Positions 38,904-49,766 are shown, numbered from the stretch's first letter. The stretch is 64,000 bases of DNA from Nitrospirota bacterium (GCA_963754875.1 CAVWHO010000007.1:32001-96000); one strand, 5' to 3'. The notes: a model not told the origin generated them from the letters alone. Translations and numbers: made by a program.

Positions 38904-41108
38904 TTAAAAATTGACGACCAGTCGAAACCCTACCTGGTAGTAATTAAACCCGGCGGTCGATCCGACAGCGTAGTTCCCCCCCTCGGCGGTGAGTTCGCCT
39001 GACGTGTTCTTCTTCCTTGTCCATCCCGCGGACGCCGCGTAACCGGCGAAATAGTTTCCGCTCGTTTCTCCATACCGTTTGAAAGACTGGTACCCGGTGT
39101 ACGGCTCCAGGGAAGCGTAAAGCCCTTCGCGTTCGGCATAGAGGGAGACATAAATCTGGTGGGAGATGAAATCTTCCGGATCGAAGTACCCGCTCCCGCT
39201 CTGGCGGCGGAAGTTCCAGTATCGGAACCGGTAGCCCGTGGCTATCTTGGCGGGAGCAGTCACGACTGTGTACCGTACGCCTGCCCCCAGATCGTCCAAA
39301 TCGTTGCTGTCGGAGTAGCTGGCACGAGTATAGCTTTCCGTAAACGTCCATCGTGGGGACGCCGTTTCGGACAGCGTGACCGTCCCGGCCGTCCGCTTGA
39401 TCCTGTTTTGAATGAGCTCGGCCGTATCCGATAGCACGTCTCTCGACGCGTTCACACTGACCGCCCACCACCCTCTGTCGATATCTGCAATGGCCTGGCC
39501 GACGAGATCGTTCCGGGTCCCGCCGGCGGTACTACTGATGCCCGCTCTCACGGCCGTGCTCAGTCTGCTCTCATGCCTGCGAGCCGTAATCGAGATGGTT
39601 TCGGCCCATTCGTGCCGCTCGGGATCGTTCGCTTCGATCAGCCAGTACACCAACTCCGCTTCCCAGTTGCGGGCCCAGAAGCCGTACACGAGTCCCGAGC
39701 GCTTCACCGTGTTATCGTCGGAGTCCCGGTAATAGCCTGCCTGAAGGCCGATAGGGGACGCCGTCGCTGCGCTGAGCGCTTCTGAGAATGTTGTCAGTTC
39801 TTTTCGCTGATCTGCGGAGACGGGACTCAGGGTCTTTCCGATCTCCTGCGCCTTATCTTTTTTTCCGGCATCCAGATACGCATACGCGAGGCCAAGCCGT
39901 GCGTCGAAGCTCTCCCCCTTGGCAAGAACGCGTTCGTAGAGCGGAATCGAGGCGCTGGCCTCCCCCCGCCATCTGACTATGTTTGCTTTGACCAACAGCG
40001 CCTCTCGGTCATCGGGCTCCGCCTTCAAGACCGTGTCAACTGCGGACTGCGCCTCATTCAGTTTCCCCGACCACGACAACACTTTCGCCAAGTACAGGAG
40101 GGCTTTATTGTTTGACGGATCCCCCTCCAAAATTGCCCGCAGGGCGCCTATTGACTCCTCCCGGCGGCCTGCCCAGGATATCACGGTTGCCATGCGAAGG
40201 CGCTCTTCTTCGGTAAAAGCAGATGCATCCAGAGACAATGCCTGTATATATTCGTCGGCAGCGCGTTTGTTGTCATCCTGCCCCGCGTACTCGTCGCCTC
40301 GTTTTTTTCTATCATGGGCCTCCTCGGTCTTGCGTTGCACGGCATCGGCGGATTTTTCGGAAGACACCGCTGGCCCGGAACCTCCCTGCCTGTGCTCGTG
40401 AGGCGAAACCGCACTGAGTCTCTTCTGTAATTTTGCCAGTTCTTTTCGCTGAGCTTCGAAAACAGGCATCAGGGTTCTGCCGATTTCCTGCGCCTTCTCC
40501 TCCATCCCGGTATCCAGATACGCATAGGCGAGGCCAAGCCGTGCCTCAAAGCTCTCCCCTTTTGCAAGAACGCGTTCATAGAGCGGGATTGAGGCACCGG
40601 CGCCTCCCCTCCATCTGAGTACGTTTGCTTTGACCAGGAGCGCCTCCCGGTCGTCGGGATACCGGGACAGGACCGTGTCCGCTTCGACCTGCGCTTCGTC
40701 CAACTTGCCCGACCAGGACAAAAACTGAGCAAGTTGCGCGCGGGCCTCTCGGTTTTCCCGGTCCTCCGCCAGAATCGCCCGAAGGATGCGTGAGGCGTCC
40801 TCGAGGCGATCCGCCCAGGATACCACGATTGCCATGCGAAGGCGCTCCTCCACGGTAAAGGCCGCAGTGTCCACGGACAGTGCCTGTATATATTCATCGG
40901 CAGCGCGTTTGCTGTCATCCTGCGCTGCGTACTCGTCGCCCTTTTTTTTTCTTGCTCGGGCCTCCTCGGCCCTGCTTTTTCCTTTGCTGACAGCCGTTAC
41001 AGAAAAAGCTGCGTTTCCCGTACCTGCCTGTTTCTGCTCTCCGGCAAAAACGGGTGTCGTGCACGCACCGAGGAGAATGCAGGCAATCATCAGGCGTCTT
41101 GCACTCAT
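38904..41108 (-). CDS. TPR-rich outer-membrane protein with C-terminal beta-barrel (PgaA/YaiO-like export scaffold)
   Basis: Signal peptide, duplicated TPR block, aromatic amphipathic beta-strand C-terminus with GYFDP and terminal Phe. Confidence 0.75.
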   Translation of the reverse strand: MSARRLMIACILLGACTTPVFAGEQKQAGTGNAAFSVTAVSKGKSRAEEARARKKKGDEYAAQDDSKRAADEYIQALSVDTAAFTVEERLRMAIVVSWADRLEDASRILRAILAEDRENREARAQLAQFLSWSGKLDEAQVEADTVLSRYPDDREALLVKANVLRWRGGAGASIPLYERVLAKGESFEARLGLAYAYLDTGMEEKAQEIGRTLMPVFEAQRKELAKLQKRLSAVSPHEHRQGGSGPAVSSEKSADAVQRKTEEAHDRKKRGDEYAGQDDNKRAADEYIQALSLDASAFTEEERLRMATVISWAGRREESIGALRAILEGDPSNNKALLYLAKVLSWSGKLNEAQSAVDTVLKAEPDDREALLVKANIVRWRGEASASIPLYERVLAKGESFDARLGLAYAYLDAGKKDKAQEIGKTLSPVSADQRKELTTFSEALSAATASPIGLQAGYYRDSDDNTVKRSGLVYGFWARNWEAELVYWLIEANDPERHEWAETISITARRHESRLSTAVRAGISSTAGGTRNDLVGQAIADIDRGWWAVSVNASRDVLSDTAELIQNRIKRTAGTVTLSETASPRWTFTESYTRASYSDSNDLDDLGAGVRYTVVTAPAKIATGYRFRYWNFRRQSGSGYFDPEDFISHQIYVSLYAEREGLYASLEPYTGYQSFKRYGETSGNYFAGYAASAGWTRKKNTSGELTAEGGNYAVGSTAGFNYYQVGFRLVVNF

Positions 41109-41887
41109 GACTTCATCTCGACCAATTTCCGGAATTGACGAAGATCCACCGTATGGTCGATGACCAACCGGGGGATATCATGCCGACTGCTTCCCAACAG
41201 ATAACGTTCGTTCTCGGATCTCAGAACGAAAGAAAACCCGGAGTGTCGGGCAATAGTGATGCTCCTCGCATCATGCAAATCGTAGGGCCAGGCCAAAATT
41301 TTCGCGGGCCGGCCCAGTTCTCTGGTTATAACTCTTTGAAACAGAGCAAGATCCTTACGCAATCTGTTATTTAATTCAATGAGTGCCATCGCCCGTGTTT
41401 TAGTGCCGTTCCAACGGTGGAGGCCGTAAGTATGGCAGCCGATTTCCACGATGCCGCTCTTAACGAGGTAACGGCATTCATCCCAGCTCAGCCGTGGATC
41501 GTTGCCCTCCACAAAGCCGCCCATGAACTCTCCGATAACATTGATCGTCGATTTGAACCCATAGTGTTGGAAAAGCGGAAAGGCATAGTCCATAAACGAC
41601 GCAAACCCATCGTCAAAGGTAATAATCACGGTCCGCTGAGCGCTCTCTGCATCAAGCTTATCAAGCTCTTCGAAGAAGATTGTCCGGTATCCTTCGTCGT
41701 GGAGCCATTCCATCTGAGCTGCAAAACGGGGCGGCAGCACCGTCTCCTCTTCTGTCGTAAAATGGGAAATGTCATGGTACGCAAGTATAGGGATGTGTAC
41801 GGCATTCGCAGGCCAGCATTCTGTGTATGACAGCGAGAGCACAGCAGCGCCGCCGAGTTTAAGGAATTCCCGCCGAGTCAGGTTCAT
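41105..41887 (-). CDS. Tat-exported polysaccharide deacetylase (CE4, PgaB/IcaB-like)
   Basis: TRREFLK twin-arginine signal, ILAYH, ITFDDG, GCHTYGLH, LAWPY motifs. Confidence 0.9.
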   Translation of the reverse strand: MNLTRREFLKLGGAAVLSLSYTECWPANAVHIPILAYHDISHFTTEEETVLPPRFAAQMEWLHDEGYRTIFFEELDKLDAESAQRTVIITFDDGFASFMDYAFPLFQHYGFKSTINVIGEFMGGFVEGNDPRLSWDECRYLVKSGIVEIGCHTYGLHRWNGTKTRAMALIELNNRLRKDLALFQRVITRELGRPAKILAWPYDLHDARSITIARHSGFSFVLRSENERYLLGSSRHDIPRLVIDHTVDLRQFRKLVEMKS

Positions 41888-44289
41888 GGAGCCTCCGGTA
41901 TCGTCCGAAGAATTTTCTGGTAAGAATAATAGCTTTCCTTCAAGAAGGTATGATAGATCGGCGTCTGCCACTCGTCCCACGAATACGTTTTAATGTGCTC
42001 CGGAAGGAGAACTGAAGGAAGGCTGTCGGTATGGTTGCCCGTTTTCCCGGTTTTACGGGCGATAAATTTACCTTCCTCCGGTTGATAGGAAATCGCAGCG
42101 AGTTTTACGCCAGCGGTCGTTCGTGTTGCGCTGTCTCGTTCATTCCACAAAATCATTTTCGAGCTGGGGTCCGTGACATTTATGAGTCCCCAGGGAATGC
42201 GAAGTTCGATCTTGTTATCGACGAAAAAGAAGTCCGCCAGGGAATTATAATCGCGACGTTTTACGTCAAGGCTGCCGAAACGGAGCCGGCTCATGGTAAA
42301 AACATGCGACGGGAAAAAATGTTTTCTGTCCTTGCTGATTCTGCGGTTGTTCGTGCCATTCTCCATCATGACCCAGGCGCCCTGGTCCGACTCTTCGGGC
42401 CGGACCGGGCCGTTGGGGCCATTGAGATATTTATCATATGCCGCCGTGACAAGGATTCTGCTGCTGTCCGTTCCGCAGAGATGAAGAAGAAAGGTGAACC
42501 CCACCGGACTCTTCAGGTCCAGCTCAAAGGGAAAAAGGCGCTCGCCCACACCGGAAGCGGAGGTGTCAAGTGCGATTAAAAAATTTGCCGTCTTAAAGTC
42601 GATCGTTCCCGCCGTTTCAAGGAGCAGGTAGAAATATCCCTCGTCATGCTGCGCGGACAACCGGACGAGGCGCCGCGCTTCATCGGACTCGTTGGCAAAC
42701 CGGAAGGCCATGGCGCCGTCGTTCTTTTCGTAGAGCGCAGGAACGCCGTTCCAGTCTTCTTTGCGGCAGGTAAGCTGTACCTTCTTTTCAGGGTAGCCGG
42801 GGTATGCTGCCAGAAGACCGTAATTTTCTTCAGGGTCCTGCGCGTTGAACCAGATCGGCTTCCGGTTTGCCGGGAGCTCTGCGTTTTCAAACAGCCAGTT
42901 CCTCTTAAACCACTCGTCAAACCAGCTGAACACGACCCCTCCGGCCATGCCTGACTCGTATACTGTTTTCATCAGGATCGCGTTGATCTCGCCCTGCTCC
43001 CGATCTCCGTGGCCGCCATGGTTCCACCCTTTCCGGTTCCAGTGCGCGATTTCCCGGCTGGAAGGAACGCCAAATTCTCCGATCACGATCGGCTGGCTGC
43101 CGTGATGTTTCTTCAGGGCAGCGAGGTAGGCGAAATAGGGGTTCTCCAGCTCAAGATAATCGTTGTTCATAAAATCGGGGTAATAGGGGTACACATGATA
43201 GAGCGCGAAAAATCCATTGCCTCTGCTCGATGTAATCTTTGCCAGATCAAGCGACTCCATGTCCTCATTCTCGTTGCAGGGCACCGGAGCCCCTTGCGGG
43301 AGTTTACCCTGCAGTCTAAATTCGTCCTCGTATAAAGATTCAGAGGGGTGATCGAGGGGATCGAGCGTCGGCCAGTTAACGGTCGTGACCGGGTGAGAGC
43401 AGTGATATTTTTCGTGCTCGTAGCTCTGCAAAAAATCGCACGTCTTCGTTATCCACTTTTCGAAGGGGGTTCCGTTTTTAATCTGCAAAAACTCGCCAAG
43501 GTAATCACCTGTCTTCCGGTCACGGCTCTCATTGTATCCCCTGACCGCGCAGCTCTCCCACTCCCTCCCGTTAATAAAGCCTGCGACATAAGACGAGACA
43601 TCGTATTCGTATCGCCCGCTGGCATACCCCGGACGTTCCGGCAGAACGGTGTTCCCGAAGATCACGTCCACGGCGTCCCTGATTTCGTTGAAGAACCCTT
43701 CTTTGAACCGGTCCTCGTCAAAATTGTTGTCTTCGGGAAGCTCCGTCCATATCTCCTGGAAGAGATAGAGCCTGTTTTCGGATGTATTAAAGCGATAGAG
43801 CGCTTCGTAAAAGTCAGGCGGAAGAATAGCATAGACCCTGACGGTATTTGCGCCGAGCTCGGTTATCTGTTGAAACCATTTTAGGTAGGTCCCTTTTTTC
43901 ACCGCATATTCACCCGGGAGACAGCCGGGGAGGCCGAGACCGATGTTCACACCTTTGACGAAAAATTTTTTCCACGTGCTGTCGAGAATCTCCAGGGAAT
44001 CCTTCCCGGCCCGGAATCGGGAGCGCCGGTGTGCGGGTGGTTTGGCGCTATGCGCCTGATCGATGGCGCCGATGAATTCCCGTGCTTCCTTGTTTTCCGG
44101 TTTCAGTTCCAGCGCCTGCGTAAAAGCCATGCGGGCGGTGGGGAAATCGCCGAGGTGATAGTGTGCGACCCCAAAGCCGAGGAAAGCGTCGGAATCTTTT
44201 CCCCGGTCGAGCGCCCGCTTGAAAATGTTGATGGCCTCCTGATAGTCTCCCTTTTTGACGGCCAAAAAACCAAGATCCACGATATTCAT
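41884..44289 (-). CDS. N-terminal TPR plus putative glycoside-hydrolase TIM-barrel protein
   Basis: TPR repeats, then FFVKGVN.G, GANTVRVY, HVYPYYPDF, IGEFGVPS, FSWFDEWFK motifs. Confidence 0.75.
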   Translation of the reverse strand: MNIVDLGFLAVKKGDYQEAINIFKRALDRGKDSDAFLGFGVAHYHLGDFPTARMAFTQALELKPENKEAREFIGAIDQAHSAKPPAHRRSRFRAGKDSLEILDSTWKKFFVKGVNIGLGLPGCLPGEYAVKKGTYLKWFQQITELGANTVRVYAILPPDFYEALYRFNTSENRLYLFQEIWTELPEDNNFDEDRFKEGFFNEIRDAVDVIFGNTVLPERPGYASGRYEYDVSSYVAGFINGREWESCAVRGYNESRDRKTGDYLGEFLQIKNGTPFEKWITKTCDFLQSYEHEKYHCSHPVTTVNWPTLDPLDHPSESLYEDEFRLQGKLPQGAPVPCNENEDMESLDLAKITSSRGNGFFALYHVYPYYPDFMNNDYLELENPYFAYLAALKKHHGSQPIVIGEFGVPSSREIAHWNRKGWNHGGHGDREQGEINAILMKTVYESGMAGGVVFSWFDEWFKRNWLFENAELPANRKPIWFNAQDPEENYGLLAAYPGYPEKKVQLTCRKEDWNGVPALYEKNDGAMAFRFANESDEARRLVRLSAQHDEGYFYLLLETAGTIDFKTANFLIALDTSASGVGERLFPFELDLKSPVGFTFLLHLCGTDSSRILVTAAYDKYLNGPNGPVRPEESDQGAWVMMENGTNNRRISKDRKHFFPSHVFTMSRLRFGSLDVKRRDYNSLADFFFVDNKIELRIPWGLINVTDPSSKMILWNERDSATRTTAGVKLAAISYQPEEGKFIARKTGKTGNHTDSLPSVLLPEHIKTYSWDEWQTPIYHTFLKESYYSYQKILRTIPEAP

Positions 44290-45716
44290 CGGTGGCCGCC
44301 TTTCTCGTCCCGTCTTCCCTTGTGCTGGACATGTTCCCAATGGGTTCTGCCGGTCAGGAAGTTTACTACCGCCTGCAGCCGCCAGAATGAATTGATCTGG
44401 CGGTATCCAAAGTTCTCTAATACGCCGTACAGCAGGAGCAGGAACAGGTGCCGCCACCGGGGATACCGCCGGTAGGTGATTTCTTCCAGAAAAACCCCGG
44501 CAGTCGACAGAAACACTCCGTACAATATGGCCAGGGTGAGAAAGAGGATAAGAAACTTAATGCTCAGGATTCCCACGACATACGAAAGCGGCACTACGAA
44601 ATACCCCAACACTTCTATGAGGGGGCCCAGGACCTCAAAAAATACATAATAGGGCATTACAATCATGCCGATGATCCCATACCGCGGATTCAGCAGCATC
44701 TCACTGTTCTCACAAATGCTCTGGATCAACCCGAGGTGCCACCGCCGCCGCTGGCGAGCCAGCATTTTCATATTTACCGGTACCTCGGTCCAGCAGATGG
44801 GGTCCGAGATAAACCGTATATGGTACGGTTTTCCCTGACTCCGCTTGTACCGGTGAAGCCGGACGATCATCTCCATGTCCTCCGATACGTTCCACATGCT
44901 GAATCCGCCCGCGTCGATAACCGTTTGCTTGTGAAACATCGAGAAGGTACCGGAGAGAATGAGCAGGGAATTCAACGTGTCCCATCCGACGCGCCCGAAC
45001 ATGAACCCCCGGATGTACTCCACGATCTGGAAGAGAACGAGTCTTTTCTTCGGGAGTTCGATCTCCTGTATCGTGATGTCGTCCTTGACCACGACACCGT
45101 TCAGGACCCGGACAACACCGCCGCACGCGACGACCGGCACATTGCTGTCGAGCACAGGGGCCATGATCCTGATAAGCGCATCTTTTTCGAGCAGGGAGTC
45201 CGCGTCCACAGAGCAGAAGTAGGGGCTGCGCGATGCGTTTATGCCGCAGTTCAAGGCATCGGACTTGCCACCCTGGTCCTTATCGATTACGAGCAGATTC
45301 GACGTCTCTTCTCCGGCGTAGAAGCCCCTCACTTTTTCGGTCTCGAGGAACTCCCGGTACACGCGGTCGATTTTCGCGAGCCGGAACTTTTCTATCACTG
45401 TCCTCAGCGTGTCATCGTCCGAACCGTCGTTGATCACGATCACTTCGAACAAGGGATAATCACAGGCAAGTGCCGCGCGCACGCTCTTGCACACGACGTT
45501 TACTTCGTTGTGCACCGGGATCAGGATCGAGACGGGCGGGGTCTGCGAGGATAAATTAAAGTCCCTGATCGGTGCATATTTGATTCTTTGAATGTGCCGC
45601 AGAATGGAGAAAAGGGACAGCGCCAGGAGACCTGCGTAAATGGTGTTCACGACGCCGAAGTAGGCTCCGACAAAGTAGTTGAAACCCAGGATGAAGGTGA
45701 CGACGACTTCTCTCAT
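44286..45716 (-). CDS. Processive GT2 glycosyltransferase (PgaC/IcaA-like)
   Basis: NDGS, GGKSDALN, VDADS, SEDM and QRRRW motifs with flanking TM segments. Confidence 0.92.
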   Translation of the reverse strand: MREVVVTFILGFNYFVGAYFGVVNTIYAGLLALSLFSILRHIQRIKYAPIRDFNLSSQTPPVSILIPVHNEVNVVCKSVRAALACDYPLFEVIVINDGSDDDTLRTVIEKFRLAKIDRVYREFLETEKVRGFYAGEETSNLLVIDKDQGGKSDALNCGINASRSPYFCSVDADSLLEKDALIRIMAPVLDSNVPVVACGGVVRVLNGVVVKDDITIQEIELPKKRLVLFQIVEYIRGFMFGRVGWDTLNSLLILSGTFSMFHKQTVIDAGGFSMWNVSEDMEMIVRLHRYKRSQGKPYHIRFISDPICWTEVPVNMKMLARQRRRWHLGLIQSICENSEMLLNPRYGIIGMIVMPYYVFFEVLGPLIEVLGYFVVPLSYVVGILSIKFLILFLTLAILYGVFLSTAGVFLEEITYRRYPRWRHLFLLLLYGVLENFGYRQINSFWRLQAVVNFLTGRTHWEHVQHKGRRDEKGGHR

Positions 45717-46971
45717 CGGTCAGCACCTGACGCGAGGAGGTGCCGCACTTCCTGCTTGATCCGCTCGTTTTTGCCGGCCTCCACGTACGCCAGGAGCGGA
45801 ATGGAAAACCGGAGAGAATGCATGAGTCGCAATATTTCTTGGCATTTTGCCCGCAATGTCTCGTCGGCGTCGTCAAGATGCTCGATCAGCCAATTGGAGA
45901 ATCGTGTTTTCTCGATCTCTTCGCAGATGCTCTCCTTAGCATAGACGTCTTTCGTCTTGAGTGCGTCATAAAACACGTCAATTGCGCAGCCACCGATGCG
46001 CGTCAAGGCAAGCGCTGCCTCGCTCCTCACTTGCCAGTTATCGTCGAAGAGGAGCTTTTCGAGGAGCTTCGCCGCCGATTCACAGGACGTCTTGTTGACT
46101 GATTTGACGGCCTGAAGTCTCACGAACCAGACCGGATCTTGCAGGAGAGGCACGATGAGGTCGGATGCCTGGGATGAAATGGCGTACCCGTCGCTCCCGA
46201 TCACTTTGAGCGCCTTGCTCCTCACCTCGGCGTTGGTGCTTCCCAGATTGTTGATAGCCAGGGACAAGGATCGCGGATCAGACGGCAGGAACGAAAGCAT
46301 TTCGAGAACGCAGGAGAGCACCCAGGCATCTTCATGGTTCTCGCGATAATCGGTGAGGTACGGTATGGCCTCCCCGCCGAAGTTGAGAAGCGCTGTTTCC
46401 ATTGCTTTTCGCGTTACCAGCGATTTACCGAGGAGAACCGGCAGCCGCTCGACGATGGCCACGAGCCCTTCCTTCGCGCGGAGCCTGCTCAGTGCGCGAA
46501 CTGTCACGGACAGGATCTCAGGGTCGTCGTCATCGAGCAGCGGGATAAGACTCGACGTGGCTAGTAAGCACCCCATTTTCCCGAGCTTGTCAATGGCGGA
46601 CGCCCTGTCCAGCACGTTTCTGCGATCGAGTCGGTTCCCGTAAAATTCCACGTACCCCAGTCTTTGGAACAGTGCTTTTACTTCATCGGTGGAGCGATTC
46701 TCGTTCGCAGTTCGAGCAGCACCTCTTCAACAGCCTGCCACGCGAGCGAACCCGGCCTGGAGCGGAACATGTTCTCGTCTGCTACGATCACGCCCGATGC
46801 AATTGCCTGCTGCACACGGTTCCGATACGTGTCGCGAAGGGCGTCCAGCCGGCGATGCTTTCGGCTATGCCGCACCCGCCGCAGAATACTCGCGAGCAGA
46901 AGGATAGCGGTCAACAGCGTGATGGACACAATGGCAATGATAATTATGATGATCATCACGTTGTCGTGCAT
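45713..46971 (-). CDS. Membrane-anchored HEAT-repeat protein, apparent single-base deletion near 46705-46710
   Basis: The N-terminal TM ORF (46678-46971) joins the HEAT-repeat ORF (LLDDDDPEI, LQDPVWFVR, DDNWQVR) through NENRSTDEVKALFQRLGYV in a shifted frame. Confidence 0.8.
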
Positions 46972-47000
46972 GGCTGGTGAAGGGTTCTCCAGATATCGGT

Positions 47001-47702
47001 TTAGGATGTCCGCGGCAGCAAACCGTTGTCCTTGAAGCTGAAATGGCCGCCGTCGCCGATGATGATGTGGTCGAGGACCTGAATGCCGAGCACTTCCCCG
47101 GCTTGGACCAGCCGCTTGGTGAGCAGGATGTCCTCCCGGCTCGGGTTGATGTCTCCGCTCGGATGATTGTGGATGAAGATGACCGCAGCGGCAGATTCCC
47201 GGATAGCGGCCTTGAAGGTATCGCGAGGATGCACGATGGAGGCTGTGAGACTGCCGATCGAAACGATTTCCTCTCGAAGGATCTTGTTCTTGGTATCAAG
47301 CAGGGCGCACCGGAACATCTCTTTCTTGGCGTCCTTCATTCGGGGCCGGTAATATTCGACCACGTCGAGGCTGGAGCAGAACGACGCTCCGGCAAGGCTC
47401 GGTTTCTGGTAGCGCCGTCCCAGCTCGATCGCCGCCTTGATCTCCGCGGCCTTGGCCGGTCCGATTCCCTGGACGCCGCACATTTCCGTGATGCTCGCCT
47501 GTTCGATACCGGCAAGGCTTCCGAAGCGTTCCAGGAGCTCCCTGCCGAGGTCCACGGCCGTTCGGCCGGCCTTGCCGTTCCGGATCAGAATGGCAAGGAG
47601 CTGTGCTTCGGAGAGCGTTGACGGGCCGTGTGCGATCAACCGTTCTCGGGGCCTTTCATCTTCAGGCCAGTCTTTAACGCTCTTGTTTCCGGTGAGGGCC
47701 AT
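47001..47702 (-). CDS. radC: RadC (JAB domain) protein
   Basis: ERPRERL, VHPRD, HNHPSGD..PS.ED, LDHIIIG motifs. Confidence 0.96.
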   Translation of the reverse strand: MALTGNKSVKDWPEDERPRERLIAHGPSTLSEAQLLAILIRNGKAGRTAVDLGRELLERFGSLAGIEQASITEMCGVQGIGPAKAAEIKAAIELGRRYQKPSLAGASFCSSLDVVEYYRPRMKDAKKEMFRCALLDTKNKILREEIVSIGSLTASIVHPRDTFKAAIRESAAAVIFIHNHPSGDINPSREDILLTKRLVQAGEVLGIQVLDHIIIGDGGHFSFKDNGLLPRTS

Positions 47703-47802
47703 TATGGCTCCCCGCTATCATATATCGGCACTTGTCCACCAATCCGCGAAAAGCCGTTCCTTATCGATGAATTATAGATTGGACTTCAGGAGCTGTCAAA
47801 CA

Positions 47803-47833
47803 AAAAAGGCGGCTGATCGTTCAGCCGCCTTTT
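47803..47833 (-). terminator. Terminator after rubredoxin
   Basis: AAAAGGCGGCTGA-TCGT-TCAGCCGCCTTTT. Confidence 0.8.
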
Positions 47834-47854
47834 CCCGGTCTTCTGTCGTTCACG

Positions 47855-47986
47855 TTACATTTCCACAAACGCGTCCTTGGGCGCATTGCACACCGGGCAC
47901 GCCCAGTCGTCGGGAAGGTCTTTAAATTTTTTCCCCTCTTTTGCTTCGTCATACACGTACCCGCATACGGTGCATCTCCACATCAT
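47855..47986 (-). CDS. Rubredoxin (43 aa, missing from the ORF track)
   Basis: [13 protein letters not shown]...[17 protein letters not shown] with GAGGAGG RBS. Confidence 0.93.
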   Translation of the reverse strand: MMWRCTVCGYVYDEAKEGKKFKDLPDDWACPVCNAPKDAFVEM

Positions 47987-48027
47987 CGCCTCCTCAAGAA
48001 ACTAATTACTGCAGACCGCGGTCTTGT

Positions 48028-49272
48028 CTACGACCGGCACTCGCCTGACAGATTGCCATCGAATTTTTTGTGGTATTCCTTTGTTCTTTCCGCAAACCGC
48101 TTGCCGAATTCAAAACAGGTCTCATCGTCTTCGGTGCTGGGACGGTACAGGACCTCGACGCCGGGCTCGACCGTTTCCAGCCCCATTTTTTTAAACGTCT
48201 CGTAGGCTTCCTTGACCGCGCCTCCTCCCCACCCGAAGCTGCCGAACGCCCCCGCGAGCCGGTTCTTCGGCCGAAGGCCCCGCAAGTGCGTGAGGAACTC
48301 GGCTACCGACGGGAACATGATGTTATTGAGCGTCGGCGTGCCGATCAGCATGGCCCGCGACTCCCAGACCCGCTTGATCGCGATGCTCATGGGTGTTGCC
48401 CGGAGCTTCAGGACTTCCACGTCGACGCACGCGGCTTGGATCCCCTGCATGAGCGGTATGGTCATGTGCTCCGTGCTGTGCCACATCGTATCATAGATAA
48501 TGACGACGCGAAGGTCTGCCTTGTCATTGGCCATGTCGAGATACATCTGCAGGATCTTGCCGGGGTCTTTTCTCCAGATGATTCCGTGGTCAGGGGCGAT
48601 CATATCGATGTCGAGGCCAAGCTTCTTAATTTCAGCGATCTTCGCCTTCACGAGGGAGCCGAAGGGCATGAGAATGTTCGCGTAGTAGTCGCGGACGGCG
48701 TGTTCGAGTGCGGTAACCGAATACTGGTCGCAGTAATCGTCGTCGAACCGCGCCGACGAAGCAAGGTGCTGGCCGAAGGCGTCCTGGCTGATCAGGAGCT
48801 TGTCCTCTTTGACGTAGCTCATCATGGAATCAGGCCAGTGGAGCATCGGTGTTTCCAGGAAAGTGATCGTCTTTTTCCCCGTGTTCAGGGTGTGGCCGGT
48901 CTTGACGATCTTGAAGGTCCATTTCGAAGTGTCGAAAAACCGGTCCAGGGCCTTTTTCCCGCGCTCGGTAATATAAATGGTGGCTTGCGGGGCGAGCACC
49001 ATGATGCGGTCGATGCTCGAAGCATGGTCGTTCTCGATGTGGTTTATGACGATGTTCTCGATCTTGGCGGGATCGACAAGGCTTTTGATATTGTCGATGG
49101 TGTATTCGCAGAAATCGTGCTTGACGGTGTCCACGAGCGTGACGTGGTCGTCGAGGATGAGATAGTTGTTGTAGGACGTGCCGTGCGGAGTGATGTAGCC
49201 GTGAAAATCGCGCACCGCCCAGTCGATTGCTCCAACCCAAAAAATATCCGGTTTAATTTCTACTGCACGCAT
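48028..49272 (-). CDS. fprA: Flavodiiron protein (FprA/A-type flavoprotein)
   Basis: GTSYNNYLI, NHIENDH, LHWPDSM, APDHG, flavodoxin domain with FGSFGWGG. Confidence 0.93.
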   Translation of the reverse strand: MRAVEIKPDIFWVGAIDWAVRDFHGYITPHGTSYNNYLILDDHVTLVDTVKHDFCEYTIDNIKSLVDPAKIENIVINHIENDHASSIDRIMVLAPQATIYITERGKKALDRFFDTSKWTFKIVKTGHTLNTGKKTITFLETPMLHWPDSMMSYVKEDKLLISQDAFGQHLASSARFDDDYCDQYSVTALEHAVRDYYANILMPFGSLVKAKIAEIKKLGLDIDMIAPDHGIIWRKDPGKILQMYLDMANDKADLRVVIIYDTMWHSTEHMTIPLMQGIQAACVDVEVLKLRATPMSIAIKRVWESRAMLIGTPTLNNIMFPSVAEFLTHLRGLRPKNRLAGAFGSFGWGGGAVKEAYETFKKMGLETVEPGVEVLYRPSTEDDETCFEFGKRFAERTKEYHKKFDGNLSGECRS

Positions 49273-49331
49273 GACAGCCTCCTCTCGTTGGTCTCATGGG
49301 TTCGTACAAACACGGCGTCCGGAGGGCGTCA

Positions 49332-49752
49332 CTACGCTTTTTTCTTCTTGCAGGCCGTGCAAAAACCGTAAAATTCAACGTGGTTACCCAGAATCGGTGA
49401 ATTGCTCCGCCATCTCTTTCGGAAGCTCAACGCCGATTTCCCCGGGGATATCAACGATGGCGCCGCACAGAACACAGATAAAATGATGATGGCGGCTGGT
49501 ATCGGGATCATACCGTTTTCGTTCCGGGTCGATCGTCAGCTCCCTGAGCGAGCCTGCCTGAGTGAGCGTATTCAGCGTATTATACACCGTCGCGAAAGAC
49601 ATGGATTGATGCTTTTTCGACACTACCCGATAGATGTCCTCTGCAGAAGGGTGAGACGTATTGCCCTCCAGATACTCCAGAATTGCCAGCCGCTGGGGAG
49701 TACGCTTGAATCGCCTCACACTCTCGTTCTTTTGGGTCTGCCTTATAATCAT
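49332..49752 (-). CDS. perR: Fur-family regulator, PerR-like, apparent +1 frameshift near 49395
   Basis: TPQRLAIL, HPSAE, ATVYNTL, HHHFICVLCG motifs. The second CxxC (FYGFCTAC) lies in a shifted frame. Confidence 0.8.
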
Positions 49753-49766
49753 AGGAACACGATAAA

